This document shows positions 9,877 through 18,267 of a DNA stretch of 54,428 nt, one piece after another. The DNA is from a virus (Duplodnaviria; Caudoviricetes), in IMG/VR virus record IMGVR_UViG_3300036944_000521, positions 1-54,428 of that record, one strand, 5' to 3'. A program made the position numbers and the translations under genes. The notes under the pieces are model-generated. The model saw only the letters and a list, made by a program, of their open reading frames with translations. It was not told where the DNA came from and made no database searches. How positions within the stretch are numbered: position 1 is the first letter of the stretch; each line of letters begins with the position of its first letter.

Positions 9877-10288
9877 CTGTTACCACAATTAAAGGGGTTT
9901 TTGTTTTACGAGCAAGGCCTACCATATGTGCAGTACCCCTACCTCCGGGAAAAGCTACAATTAGGTTAGGCTCACTTTCTTCTAGCATCTCTATATTACG
10001 CTCAATTCCAGCACTTTTTCCACCAGACCAATCCGCAGGAAAAGGCATTTCAGTTATATGCTTATTTTTAGCCCAAGTAGAAGCTAAGTTATCTGCTCCT
10101 GCTGCTGCTCCATGAACTATTACTAGATCACTACCTTCTGGTACTTGTATATCCTCTAGTACGCGATGCAAACGATGAACCGCGTGAGTATCCGTTACGA
10201 AACTACTCTGGTGGTCGTCCCATCGTTTTCCGTAGTCGCGACCACCGCATACTAGTACTCTATATTGTGGTTTTTTACTTTGAAACAT
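9866..10288 (-). CDS. SLOG (YspA/DUF2493-like) family protein
   Basis: VLVCGGRDY, HGAAAGAD, AGIERN and FPGGRGTAHM motifs. Confidence 0.8.
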   Translation of the reverse strand: MFQSKKPQYRVLVCGGRDYGKRWDDHQSSFVTDTHAVHRLHRVLEDIQVPEGSDLVIVHGAAAGADNLASTWAKNKHITEMPFPADWSGGKSAGIERNIEMLEESEPNLIVAFPGGRGTAHMVGLARKTKTPLIVVTDEE

Positions 10289-10463
10289 TTTGCGTTGCTA
10301 ATACTAGCTCTAGTTCTGTTTTAATTACAAGTTTTTGCTTTTTCAGATCTTGTAGCGTAACTCTATGCCTGTCTGACCACATATCCTCTTTTTGGCTTTC
10401 AAGAGTGTTAATAGTAGCATCTAACTCACGGTGTTTTTTAGTAAGCCATTCACTTCTAGTCAT
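10275..10463 (-). CDS. Small helical protein (YdcH/DUF465-like)
   Basis: HRELD ... LKKQKLVIKTEL. Confidence 0.5.
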   Translation of the reverse strand: MTRSEWLTKKHRELDATINTLESQKEDMWSDRHRVTLQDLKKQKLVIKTELELVLATQNVSK

Positions 10464-10912
10464 TATGTAACCTTTCGAAGAAGCTCGTAATCGCTTATGC
10501 GTTTACGTAATCCAGAAGAAGAAAACGTATGTTTTCTATTATTGTAATGTATAAGAATATCTTTACTTTCACAGATGCTTTTACCTGTAAAGTTTTTATC
10601 TCTATACTCCTCTCCTATAAATCTAATATTTATAGGGTATGTAAGTAGTATATCTTCTACTTCTCGTTCGTACGTGTAGGGTATAATCTCATCTATGTAT
10701 ATACACCCTTTTAGCTGAACATAACGCTCAAAAACAGACTGAATAGGGCTATTTTTTTCAGGTCGTTCTATAGATGGATCAATCTGCAAGCCGACAATTA
10801 GGTAGTCGCATAGCTCTGAAGCCTCTTTTAACATAGCCACATGACCAGCATGAAACAAATCAAAAGCTGAAAAGGTTATACCTATGCTTTTATTTTTTCT
10901 CTCGTTTTGCAA
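10463..10912 (-). CDS. Glycerol-3-phosphate cytidylyltransferase-like nucleotidyltransferase
   Basis: FDLFHAGH, LIVGL and FSSSGLR motifs. Confidence 0.85.
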   Translation of the reverse strand: MQNERKNKSIGITFSAFDLFHAGHVAMLKEASELCDYLIVGLQIDPSIERPEKNSPIQSVFERYVQLKGCIYIDEIIPYTYEREVEDILLTYPINIRFIGEEYRDKNFTGKSICESKDILIHYNNRKHTFSSSGLRKRISDYELLRKVT

Positions 10913-11084
10913 GATAAACCTTATCCTTCTCTACTGTCCACACAAGTACGTCACCTGGTTCTAAATTAAGTAGCTGAATTATATCGTCTGGTATTGTAAT
11001 AAAATGCTCATCAGAGAACTTATTATACTCTACTCTACTGTGCATGTTATATCTCTCTTGATCATAATAAGGTATATGACTCAT
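10890..11084 (-). CDS. AbrB/MazE-like DNA-binding protein
   Basis: ITIPDDIIQLLNLEPGDVL. Confidence 0.65.
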   Translation of the reverse strand: MSHIPYYDQERYNMHSRVEYNKFSDEHFITIPDDIIQLLNLEPGDVLVWTVEKDKVYLAKREKK

Positions 11085-11109
11085 TGTCTATCTCTCTATA
11101 TCTGCGGTT

Positions 11110-11727
11110 TTATACTTTTAATACTCGTAACGCTTCTGAATAAAGCTTTTTACGATCTTCTAAGCCGTTTGTGCCGCCGTTTATTTTCTTAGTCATAACT
11201 AAAATATCTTGCGTGTCTGCTATAGCATTTAAACCATTTGTTTTCCAGAACCAGCAAGCACTTTCTAGTGCTCCACGCTTAGTTTCTAGATAATCTATAG
11301 TTTCTTGGGCTGTTAGTTGTTTTGTCTTACCAAAAGCTACATAGTTATCAAAACCAGTAAGTTGTATTACTCCACGACCTCTAAATCTCCAACCATCACC
11401 AGAAGCAGTATTACCGTTACCTAGACGATCAGCATAAACTATATTAGCTATCTTCTCCGGCTGTCTAGCGTAAGGAGTGGCATCACGACCTGCTTTAATA
11501 AAGTATTTAGCAAATACCTTATTTAAACCATCGGCACTATAGTTTAAGTTCTCACGCAATACTGTAAACTCAGCAGACTCATGAGAGCACTGAGCAATAA
11601 AACCAGCTATTCTAATAGTTGTATTTATTTCATACTTTGGTAACATTTCTGCTAATAGAGGATACCATTCATCTGGACTCTTCTTAATAAGACTTGCTAC
11701 TTGTGTTTTAGTTATTTTGAAACTCAA
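11110..11727 (-). CDS. Glycoside hydrolase family 19 endolysin
   Basis: AQCSHES, ENLNYS, FRGRGVIQLTG and INGGTNGLEDR motifs. Confidence 0.9.
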   Translation of the reverse strand: MSFKITKTQVASLIKKSPDEWYPLLAEMLPKYEINTTIRIAGFIAQCSHESAEFTVLRENLNYSADGLNKVFAKYFIKAGRDATPYARQPEKIANIVYADRLGNGNTASGDGWRFRGRGVIQLTGFDNYVAFGKTKQLTAQETIDYLETKRGALESACWFWKTNGLNAIADTQDILVMTKKINGGTNGLEDRKKLYSEALRVLKV

Positions 11728-11751
11728 TTATTTCTCTTTTCATGTGAGGAT

Positions 11752-11943
11752 TCAGTCTAGTAATTTATAGTCCTCTACATTAACATCTACTTTAGAATAG
11801 TCTGGGCCTAGTAGGCTACTAGCATTTATAGTTGCTGTAACTTTGCCATTAGTAATATCTATTGGTTTAATAAGAGTAAATACGCAATCTAATATGCGAA
11901 TTTTATTATAACTTCCTCTTATAATTAGTATACGATTTTTCAT
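11752..11943 (-). CDS. Hypothetical protein
   Basis: 63 aa ORF with GAGGA RBS. Confidence 0.55.
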   Translation of the reverse strand: MKNRILIIRGSYNKIRILDCVFTLIKPIDITNGKVTATINASSLLGPDYSKVDVNVEDYKLLD

Positions 11944-12002
11944 TTTATCCTCCTAGCACTTATAGTATCAAACTATAAATGCTAGGTCCAGTAAAAAATG
12001 AA

Positions 12003-12620
12003 TTAGCAAGGGTTGAGTTGGTCCCACCAATGATTTACATCGCTAATATCAGACATATCAACCTCAGACCAAGGATCAGTAACTACAATAGCTCCATCTC
12101 GATAAAGAAAGTTACCTGAGTGCATATCTAGTTTGCGCATACAGCTCATATCATCATCCCAATCAGTCTCGTCGTCTTCGTTACCAAAAACATCAGTCTG
12201 ATCGCTGATCTTATCCAAAAGGTCGGCAAGGTGCTCAGGGTAAGGAAACACGCTAGGTTGCTTTGATGCGTGTTCTAAAAACTCTTCACGAGTAATCCAC
12301 TTCTGGGTGTACTCTTTGCATAGCTCTGCGTTATGGATAGTACTAAAGTTGTCGCCTGCATCAGATAGGCGTTCCATAACGCATACATAATAGCTATTAG
12401 CCTTATCCATGTAGAAGGAGTAGATACGAGGAACACAAGGATTATGTTGATTTTTTTTAATCAGCTCATAGTAGTCAAGCCAAGGATCATTGACATTATT
12501 GCCAATTTTAATAATCTTGTTGCCATCTACCCGAGACGATAGTGCTGCAGCATAGCAACCAGTCCCAATAACTGCGTTACCTTGCTTAGTCATAGACTTA
12601 ATGATATTGTAGGCTGTCAT
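12003..12620 (-). CDS. Protein-kinase-like protein
   Basis: IGTGCY glycine loop, IIK lysine, MERL, DMHSGN catalytic loop, TDP. Confidence 0.7.
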   Translation of the reverse strand: MTAYNIIKSMTKQGNAVIGTGCYAAALSSRVDGNKIIKIGNNVNDPWLDYYELIKKNQHNPCVPRIYSFYMDKANSYYVCVMERLSDAGDNFSTIHNAELCKEYTQKWITREEFLEHASKQPSVFPYPEHLADLLDKISDQTDVFGNEDDETDWDDDMSCMRKLDMHSGNFLYRDGAIVVTDPWSEVDMSDISDVNHWWDQLNPC

Positions 12621-12645
12621 ATCATACTCCTATTTGTATAAGTAT

Positions 12646-12674
12646 AATATAACACGACAGACAGTAAACAGCAA
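12646..12674 (-). promoter_or_regulatory. Sigma70-like promoter
   Basis: TTGCTG-N17-TATATT. Confidence 0.65.
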
Positions 12675-12709
12675 GGCGCAAGTAGATGTAGATAGTACCA
12701 GATAAGCAA

Positions 12710-12741
12710 ATAGGGTGAAGGAAGCTAGCCCTTCACCCTAT
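12710..12741 (-). terminator. Terminator-like hairpin
   Basis: ATAGGGTGAAG..CTTCACCCTAT directly after ORF 12746. Confidence 0.6.
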
Positions 12742-12745
12742 AAAT

Positions 12746-13063
12746 TTAGTTAGCAATGAGACCTAGTAGTCGGGACAGTGCGATCTTAGTTGCACCTTCA
12801 AAACCTTCAGTATCGAACCCATGCGACTCAATATCACGAAGCAGTTCCTTTTTGGAAGGACCATCAGCTTTAGCAGCAGCTCCTTTAGGTGATGCTACAT
12901 ACACACCCTCACGAACTAGCTTGCTACGGATACTGCGTACAGTCTTATCAAAGGCAGTAGCAATATCTTCTAGACCTTCGTTGCCTACATCGGCATACAT
13001 TGCAACAATTTTCTCCAGCATTTCTGGAGTGTAGTTAGCGTTCTTCTCAAGTGCTTCAGCCAT
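12746..13063 (-). CDS. Putative HTH DNA-binding protein (reminiscent of T5-like D3)
   Basis: LEDIATAFDKTVRSIRSKLVREGVY. Confidence 0.5.
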   Translation of the reverse strand: MAEALEKNANYTPEMLEKIVAMYADVGNEGLEDIATAFDKTVRSIRSKLVREGVYVASPKGAAAKADGPSKKELLRDIESHGFDTEGFEGATKIALSRLLGLIAN

Positions 13064-13135
13064 AATTATTCCCCTATTAGCTCTGAAACATGGGTCATAC
13101 TTAGAGAGATAACCCTTTCCTCATTCAGTAAATAC

Positions 13136-13164
13136 AATATAACATGACAAGGAGCACAGAGCAA
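13136..13164 (-). promoter_or_regulatory. Sigma70-like promoter
   Basis: TTGCTC-N17-TATATT. Confidence 0.65.
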
Positions 13165-13194
13165 GCACAAAGTGAATTTGACAATGCAGTAATT

Positions 13195-13377
13195 CTATAT
13201 GCTTTTCCAATAGTGCTGCTCTACATTGAGTCTGCTCTGTAGGTCGTCAACCTTCTTACGTAGTACTTCATTCTCTGATTCTAATGCTTCTACGCGATTG
13301 CGAAGATATATTGCTTCACCTTCACGTACTGCTAGTAAATCTTTAACCGCTTCTCTAGAAAAGTAACCTGGTTCCAT
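13195..13377 (-). CDS. Hypothetical coiled-coil protein
   Basis: 60 aa; AGGAG RBS; TAG stop. Confidence 0.55.
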   Translation of the reverse strand: MEPGYFSREAVKDLLAVREGEAIYLRNRVEALESENEVLRKKVDDLQSRLNVEQHYWKSI

Positions 13378-13387
13378 GATTACTCCT

Positions 13388-13588
13388 TTACTCTATTTGT
13401 GCTAGTCCTGAGCCTGTTGGTGACATTAGGTTTATGCCTAGGTGCCTATTTTGCTTAGAAGCTAGTTCATAAGGACATTTTTCGATATTACACGGAAATA
13501 TAACGGGTTTACCGCCCGTAGAACTCCATAGATTTATAGTACAAACTGGACACTTTCCAGTACATTCGCCGTAGTCTTGCTTAGCCAT
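13388..13588 (-). CDS. Small Cys-rich protein
   Basis: CPVC and CxxxxC motifs. Confidence 0.5.
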   Translation of the reverse strand: MAKQDYGECTGKCPVCTINLWSSTGGKPVIFPCNIEKCPYELASKQNRHLGINLMSPTGSGLAQIE

Positions 13589-13651
13589 GATTTTTCTCTT
13601 TACTTATTATAGGTTATCTAGCGCAGTAGTGCAACCTTTATATTTTTAGTA

Positions 13652-14179
13652 CTATTGAGCAGGTTCTGGTATCTGCTTAATCATACCACCCATAATAGAT
13701 GCTATGTGGATTTGTGAAAATCCTTCTTCTAGTGCAGGCTCGCTATAGGTATCAAGCATAGAATCAAGTACGTACCCAGGAATAATCTTACCTGGACGAG
13801 CACCAAGCCTAGCATATAGTAGGCTCCATTCTCTATCATTACGAGGCGGAGAAATAACAAAACATTGCTTAATGTAGCTATCAGGGAAGTGAGACAAGAT
13901 CCAACGACGCTTATCAGATTTCATATTAGTCTGATCCCAAATAACGGTGTATCCGTTAGCAATAGCTCGCTTTAGCTCATCGTTCATATGCTCAGTAGCT
14001 TCTCGAATATATAGTTCAAAGACTTCTGTGTAGCTTTTGCGATCACGAGCAGCGCAACGTTCGATATAATCATCAGTACTATACGTAAAGATTTTAGATT
14101 TGTTATTCAGCTTAATGTTGTTAATCAGGTATGACTTACCAGAACCAGGTAGCCCTACAAAAACAATTACTGCGCTCAT
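13652..14179 (-). CDS. P-loop kinase (AAA_33 / polynucleotide-kinase-like)
   Basis: VGLPGSGKS, STDD, IWDQTN and EEGF motifs. Confidence 0.8.
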   Translation of the reverse strand: MSAVIVFVGLPGSGKSYLINNIKLNNKSKIFTYSTDDYIERCAARDRKSYTEVFELYIREATEHMNDELKRAIANGYTVIWDQTNMKSDKRRWILSHFPDSYIKQCFVISPPRNDREWSLLYARLGARPGKIIPGYVLDSMLDTYSEPALEEGFSQIHIASIMGGMIKQIPEPAQ

Positions 14180-14700
14180 GCGTATTCCTTTAAAAAATTA
14201 GTTACATATTCGTCACTAGCATCACCTAGATCTTTGCCATCTTCCATAACGTGAGCTACGTGACCAAAACGAGCAAGTTTAAGTCCTGGCCCGTCATTAT
14301 CGCATACAGCTACAAGACGCCTATTGCTGCAAGCAGCATACAGCCACTCTCTAGCATTACGAGAAGGTTCGTTGCTAAACACAGCTACAGCACTATACCC
14401 ACGAGAAGTAAGACGTGCTGCATCAAACAGACCTTCGGTCAAAAATAGAGTGTTAGAAAGGCTCCAACTTTCCAAGCCCCACACACCTGTATTACCATCA
14501 ACAAGACGAGTAAAATAACGACCTTCGCGAGGATCATTATTAAGTGCTTTAGAAGCTCCAGGTCTGTATCGTTGATAGCCAAGCAGCTTACCGCTAAGAT
14601 TCCACAGTGGGACGCTCGCACAGCCGAGTTCTTCTGCTACCCATACGCGGTGCAGAGACATATCTAAATGACGACTAAGTAGATGCTTGTGTACTGTCAT
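14176..14700 (-). CDS. Toprim-domain (primase-like) protein
   Basis: TEGLFDA, CDNDGPG and KDLGD motifs. Confidence 0.75.
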   Translation of the reverse strand: MTVHKHLLSRHLDMSLHRVWVAEELGCASVPLWNLSGKLLGYQRYRPGASKALNNDPREGRYFTRLVDGNTGVWGLESWSLSNTLFLTEGLFDAARLTSRGYSAVAVFSNEPSRNAREWLYAACSNRRLVAVCDNDGPGLKLARFGHVAHVMEDGKDLGDASDEYVTNFLKEYA

Positions 14701-15058
14701 AAATATCTCTACAGTTATAATAGTCTATCCAAGCAGGCTCTGTTGCTCTCCATATGTACCCTAGTTTAGGCATATATTCAGGCGTGAAATTATCTGGAAT
14801 TACTATTGGTATAAGGCCTTTACGAGTAGCTAAGTCAAGTATTTGAGTACCATAAGGGCTTCCACTATAAAACCAACCTGGCATATGGAAAGCAGGATTT
14901 TTAGAACCATATAGTTTAGCTTCTTCAAACGCTGCAGTTGTTAGCTGATCAAGGCTATATCCTATACCATCTATAATAAGAGTATTTCTTCCTCTAAGTA
15001 CTTGCATAGCAGTTCTCCCGTTAGACTTAACTATAACATACTGTTGAGCATAGAGCAA
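14675..15058 (-). CDS. Hypothetical protein (start uncertain)
   Basis: 127 aa ORF. Confidence 0.55.
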   Translation of the reverse strand: MLYAQQYVIVKSNGRTAMQVLRGRNTLIIDGIGYSLDQLTTAAFEEAKLYGSKNPAFHMPGWFYSGSPYGTQILDLATRKGLIPIVIPDNFTPEYMPKLGYIWRATEPAWIDYYNCRDIYDSTQAST

Positions 15059-15083
15059 GAAAAAAGGCGCACTAGGCGCCTTG
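15058..15083 (-). terminator. Intrinsic terminator closing the TROVE + ncRNA unit
   Basis: AAGGCGC CTAGT GCGCCTT followed by T-run on the minus strand. Confidence 0.75.
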
Positions 15084-15093
15084 TTTCGTATAT

Positions 15094-15190
15094 CAGGTTA
15101 GCATTTGTTTGCCCACCATGGGCGTACTACGAGAAAATCGTGGTACAGGGATCGAACCTGTCATGTTTGATTGTTTGCTGAAACTAACCT
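15094..15190 (-). ncRNA. CAGCA-family Y-like RNA 1 (permuted tRNA mimic)
   Basis: AGGTTAG-TTT-CAGCA...CTAACCT-G; payload order T arm ACAGG-TTCGATC-CCTGT, acceptor-like hairpin, D-like hairpin GCCCA/TGGGC. Confidence 0.8.
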
Positions 15191-15201
15191 TGTTATAATT
15201 T

Positions 15202-15320
15202 CTGGATCAACTTTTGTGCGTTACCTGCTCTACCGCTGAGCTACTCCCCTAGAGGAGGATGGATTCGAACCACCGACACGGTCCTTTTCATGGATGCTGA
15301 TTGATTGCTGCAATGATCCA
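15202..15320 (-). ncRNA. CAGCA-family Y-like RNA 2 (circularly permuted tRNA-Phe-like)
   Basis: TGGATCA-TTG-CAGCA...TGATCCA-G; loop ATGAAAA, GTGTC, T arm GGTGG-TTCGAAT-CCATC, capped acceptor CTCCT/GGGAG, D arm TAGCTCAGCGGTAGAGC. Confidence 0.85.
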
Positions 15321-15339
15321 AATTTAGCTGTTACGCCCC

Positions 15340-16758
15340 TTATAGGGCGTAACGATCATTCATAATAGTCTTTAGCATTACGTTATAAGGAGTAAACTCC
15401 TCAAGATCGTTAGCTAGAACCGACTTCATAATAGCTGGAGAGAAACCAGACACATGGCAGATACCGCGATCGTCGAAACGAACAGGAGTACCACCATACG
15501 AGCCATTAACATTCCAGAAGATGATGCGTGGCATTGGATAACCCGCTTGCTCATACTTGCGTGCAATCATTTCTTTAGCACGGTCGTCGAAACGAGCGCA
15601 CTGGTCGAACTGCATATCAGATAGGATCAGAAGTGCTTGTGGCATATCTTCCATCTTAACGCTTCCACGCTTTGCTACGTCTAGTAGATGGTCGAAGGCA
15701 GCATGAAGGTTAGTATTCATACCCCAAGCAGACATCATCATTTGACGCATCTTCTGAGTTAGATCACCTTTTAGGTTTAGGATCTCAGGATTGTCGCTAA
15801 AGGTTAGGAATAGATCCTTGAAGGGACCAGTATTCTTATCAGACAGATACAGACCTAGAGAAACAGCAACCATCATAGGAGAAGGTCCATTACCGTAGTG
15901 ACCAGTGATGCTACCCATAGAGCCGGATACGTCTACCATTGGGAAGATGCGAGCATCACCAACGTAGTTGGGTAGGGCTTTCCATTGCTCGTTAGCAACA
16001 GCAGCATTGCCAAGCCCAACAGACTTAACAACATCATAAGGATATACAGCACCTGCGTTGATCTTAACCTTTGGGTCACGCTCAGCTTCAGGCTTTTGCA
16101 GTTCACGGATATACTTAGAGTAGGCCTCTGAAGCATTGCGACCAAACGCTTTTTGGTAGCGAGCGCTAGCTAGAGAAGGAACGTGTGAGAAGTTAATTGC
16201 ATCCCAGTCCTTAGCACACATTTGAGTCTCAACAACATTAGTAAGACCAACGATAGTCTTACGATACTGCTTAGGAGACATACCAAAGTGGCGAGTTAGT
16301 GCTACAGCGATTGGACCTTTGCGAGGCATCCACTTAGCAGCTAGACCATCTTCAGCGTCTAGAGCAGCACGGATCATATCGTATGCAGCAGTCTTGTTTA
16401 GAGGATCAGCATAAGCAAATAGATCATCCCAACGACCAAGGAAAGGAACCTTGTGCATTAGACGACCAGCAAGAGCAGGGTTAACCTTCTCTAGAGCTGA
16501 TAGCAGAGTACGGAAAGTTTGACGCTCACCAGAACCTGCACGAATATCACGTGCCCACATAAGAACACGGATAGCTAGGTCTTGATCTTCGCCTAGAGCA
16601 GCAAAGAAAGCAGGAGATAGATCTACTCCACGAGCGCTACCGATCTTACCAAAAAGGTCTAGAACAGCAGAAGCAGAAGTAGCGTGCGCCTTCATACCAT
16701 TTTCAGTACGAGCAGGAGCATTAGTGTTGTAGTTTTTCACAGCGTTAGCAAATGACAT
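15340..16758 (-). CDS. Ro60-like TROVE/vWA protein (DUF2828-type)
   Basis: N-terminal TENG, helical region RDIR-G-GER, GRWDD, LAAKWMPR; vWA MIDAS DVSGSM, TNL and SDMQFD. Confidence 0.8.
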   Translation of the reverse strand: MSFANAVKNYNTNAPARTENGMKAHATSASAVLDLFGKIGSARGVDLSPAFFAALGEDQDLAIRVLMWARDIRAGSGERQTFRTLLSALEKVNPALAGRLMHKVPFLGRWDDLFAYADPLNKTAAYDMIRAALDAEDGLAAKWMPRKGPIAVALTRHFGMSPKQYRKTIVGLTNVVETQMCAKDWDAINFSHVPSLASARYQKAFGRNASEAYSKYIRELQKPEAERDPKVKINAGAVYPYDVVKSVGLGNAAVANEQWKALPNYVGDARIFPMVDVSGSMGSITGHYGNGPSPMMVAVSLGLYLSDKNTGPFKDLFLTFSDNPEILNLKGDLTQKMRQMMMSAWGMNTNLHAAFDHLLDVAKRGSVKMEDMPQALLILSDMQFDQCARFDDRAKEMIARKYEQAGYPMPRIIFWNVNGSYGGTPVRFDDRGICHVSGFSPAIMKSVLANDLEEFTPYNVMLKTIMNDRYAL

Positions 16759-16770
16759 GGTGTAGCCTTT

Positions 16771-16857
16771 CTGGTTGGGATTATTTTACGGAATCGAACC
16801 GTTTAAATTTAATTATGAGTTAAATTATTATCCAATAGGGTTTGCTGAAACCAACCA
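16771..16857 (-). ncRNA. CAGCA-family Y-like RNA 3 in the 5' leader of the TROVE gene
   Basis: TGGTTGG-TTT-CAGCA...CCAACCA-G; anticodon arm ATTTAA-CTCATAA-TTAAAT plus T arm ACGG-TTCGATT-CCGT. Confidence 0.8.
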
Positions 16858-16862
16858 AGGTT

Positions 16863-17489
16863 TCAAGTGTTTAGAGCGCGATGCTCTGCAAGAGTTGGGG
16901 TTTGTTTTCTAAAGTACCAAGTAGAGTGTCCGTGTACTCCGTAATGCTTACAAGTATCATCTACTGCTCGCTTTACGTCGTGCCAGTCTAGATCGTCGCC
17001 AGACATTACTCCACCTACTTTTAGCTTAGGGAACCAAGCGTTTATGTCGTCGATTACATCTTCATAGGTATGAGAGGCATCAATCATAATAAAGGAGATT
17101 GAGCGATCTTCATATGTAGCAGCAGCTTCTAATGATGTAGCTTTTACAATAGTAACGGCATCTAGTACTTGTGCTTTTTCAAGATTAGACTTAAATGCTG
17201 CAAGGAAGTCTCCACCATGATCAGCAACAACTTTAGCATGGGGTGGATCACTAAACTCATTGAGTTCAAAAATATCTACAGCATCAAAACGGATACGTTT
17301 ACCGCTAGACTTAATGAAAACACCCATAGCAGCGGTAGACTGCCCTAGAAAGCTGCCCAATTCTACGAAGTGAGCGCCGTCTTCTGAGTTAATAACCATT
17401 TCCCTATATAGGTCAATGTACCTAGAGTAGCCAAAAATATCGTGACCGTTAACATTGATATAATGTCCGGGAGTATCATCTTCTGCCAT
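16863..17489 (-). CDS. Class I SAM methyltransferase (Methyltransf_24-like)
   Basis: VELGSFLGQST, IDASHTYE and LKVGGVMSGDD motifs. Confidence 0.85.
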   Translation of the reverse strand: MAEDDTPGHYINVNGHDIFGYSRYIDLYREMVINSEDGAHFVELGSFLGQSTAAMGVFIKSSGKRIRFDAVDIFELNEFSDPPHAKVVADHGGDFLAAFKSNLEKAQVLDAVTIVKATSLEAAATYEDRSISFIMIDASHTYEDVIDDINAWFPKLKVGGVMSGDDLDWHDVKRAVDDTCKHYGVHGHSTWYFRKQTPTLAEHRALNT

Positions 17490-17504
17490 GCAGTTTCCTT
17501 GTTC

Positions 17505-17954
17505 TTACCAAAAGCTCCACACAAGATAATCACCTAGGTGATTGTGTGGATAAATTTTATTATCTATATCTTCGCCGCGAATAACGGCTCCACAGAACTG
17601 TTTATTAGCTAGTCGTACACACTTGGCAGCAGCTTGTTTAAAACCAGTATTCTTACCAGTACTATTCCACTTACCGTCACGAGTATAAGTAGCAAATTCG
17701 CGTTTAGCTTTTTCAGTAACTGCGTCAATATCTACTTCAATCTTGACTGTACGGTATCCACGAGTAGTACCATAGTGCATATGAGCATACTCAGGATAAT
17801 TTTTTAACATATACTGATAGTGCTGATCAAGTTCTTCTTGCGTTTTACGAACACGAATGTAGGGGTTACGTATTGCGCGATCAACATCGCGTTGAATTTC
17901 TTTAGTTTCCGAAGTTTTAATATAAAACTTAGGACGGCGGGTAGTTCTAGACAT
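17505..17954 (-). CDS. Hypothetical basic protein
   Basis: 149 aa; GAAGGAG RBS; begins MSRTTRR. Confidence 0.65.
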   Translation of the reverse strand: MSRTTRRPKFYIKTSETKEIQRDVDRAIRNPYIRVRKTQEELDQHYQYMLKNYPEYAHMHYGTTRGYRTVKIEVDIDAVTEKAKREFATYTRDGKWNSTGKNTGFKQAAAKCVRLANKQFCGAVIRGEDIDNKIYPHNHLGDYLVWSFW

Positions 17955-17979
17955 ATTGTTCTCCTTCTAAGCTACTAGC

Positions 17980-18012
17980 TTAGAAGTCGTCGTAATTCAT
18001 CCAAAATTTCAT
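17980..18012 (-). CDS. Putative leader peptide MKFWMNYDDF
   Basis: AAAGGT RBS; its stop lies inside a hairpin (17964-17986) that overlaps the next gene's RBS. Confidence 0.5.
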   Translation of the reverse strand: MKFWMNYDDF

Positions 18013-18029
18013 GGTACACCTTTATTTTA

Positions 18030-18103
18030 CAGTATCGCGCCTTGCGGCAGGGTTTCATTACAAGTGAAGTGCTTTTTGAGCGATTTTATGCTGTAACGAT
18101 ACT
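18030..18103 (-). ncRNA. CAGCA-family Y-like RNA 4
   Basis: AGTATCG-TTA-CAGCA...CGATACT-G; anticodon-like arm TTCA-CTTGTAA-TGAA and GNRA hairpin GCC-GCAA-GGC. Confidence 0.75.
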
Positions 18104-18110
18104 AGAATTA

Positions 18111-18267
18111 TAGTAGAAAAAGAACACAAAGCAGTTAATTACTCTGCCAAAGGGGGAGTGTATTTGCAACTACACCGATCCCTACAAACCTACAGGATTC
18201 GAACCTGTGCTTCCCTTAGTAAGGGCTGTCTATCCGCTGACGCTAAGTTTTGTATGTTCTTTTACTA
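18111..18267 (-). ncRNA. tRNA-like RNA with shortened anticodon loop inside a long closing helix
   Basis: TAGTAAAAGAACA / TGTTCTTTTTCTACTA; D arm, CCCTT-ACT-AAGGG, T arm ACAGG-TTCGAAT-CCTGT; no CCA. Confidence 0.6.
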
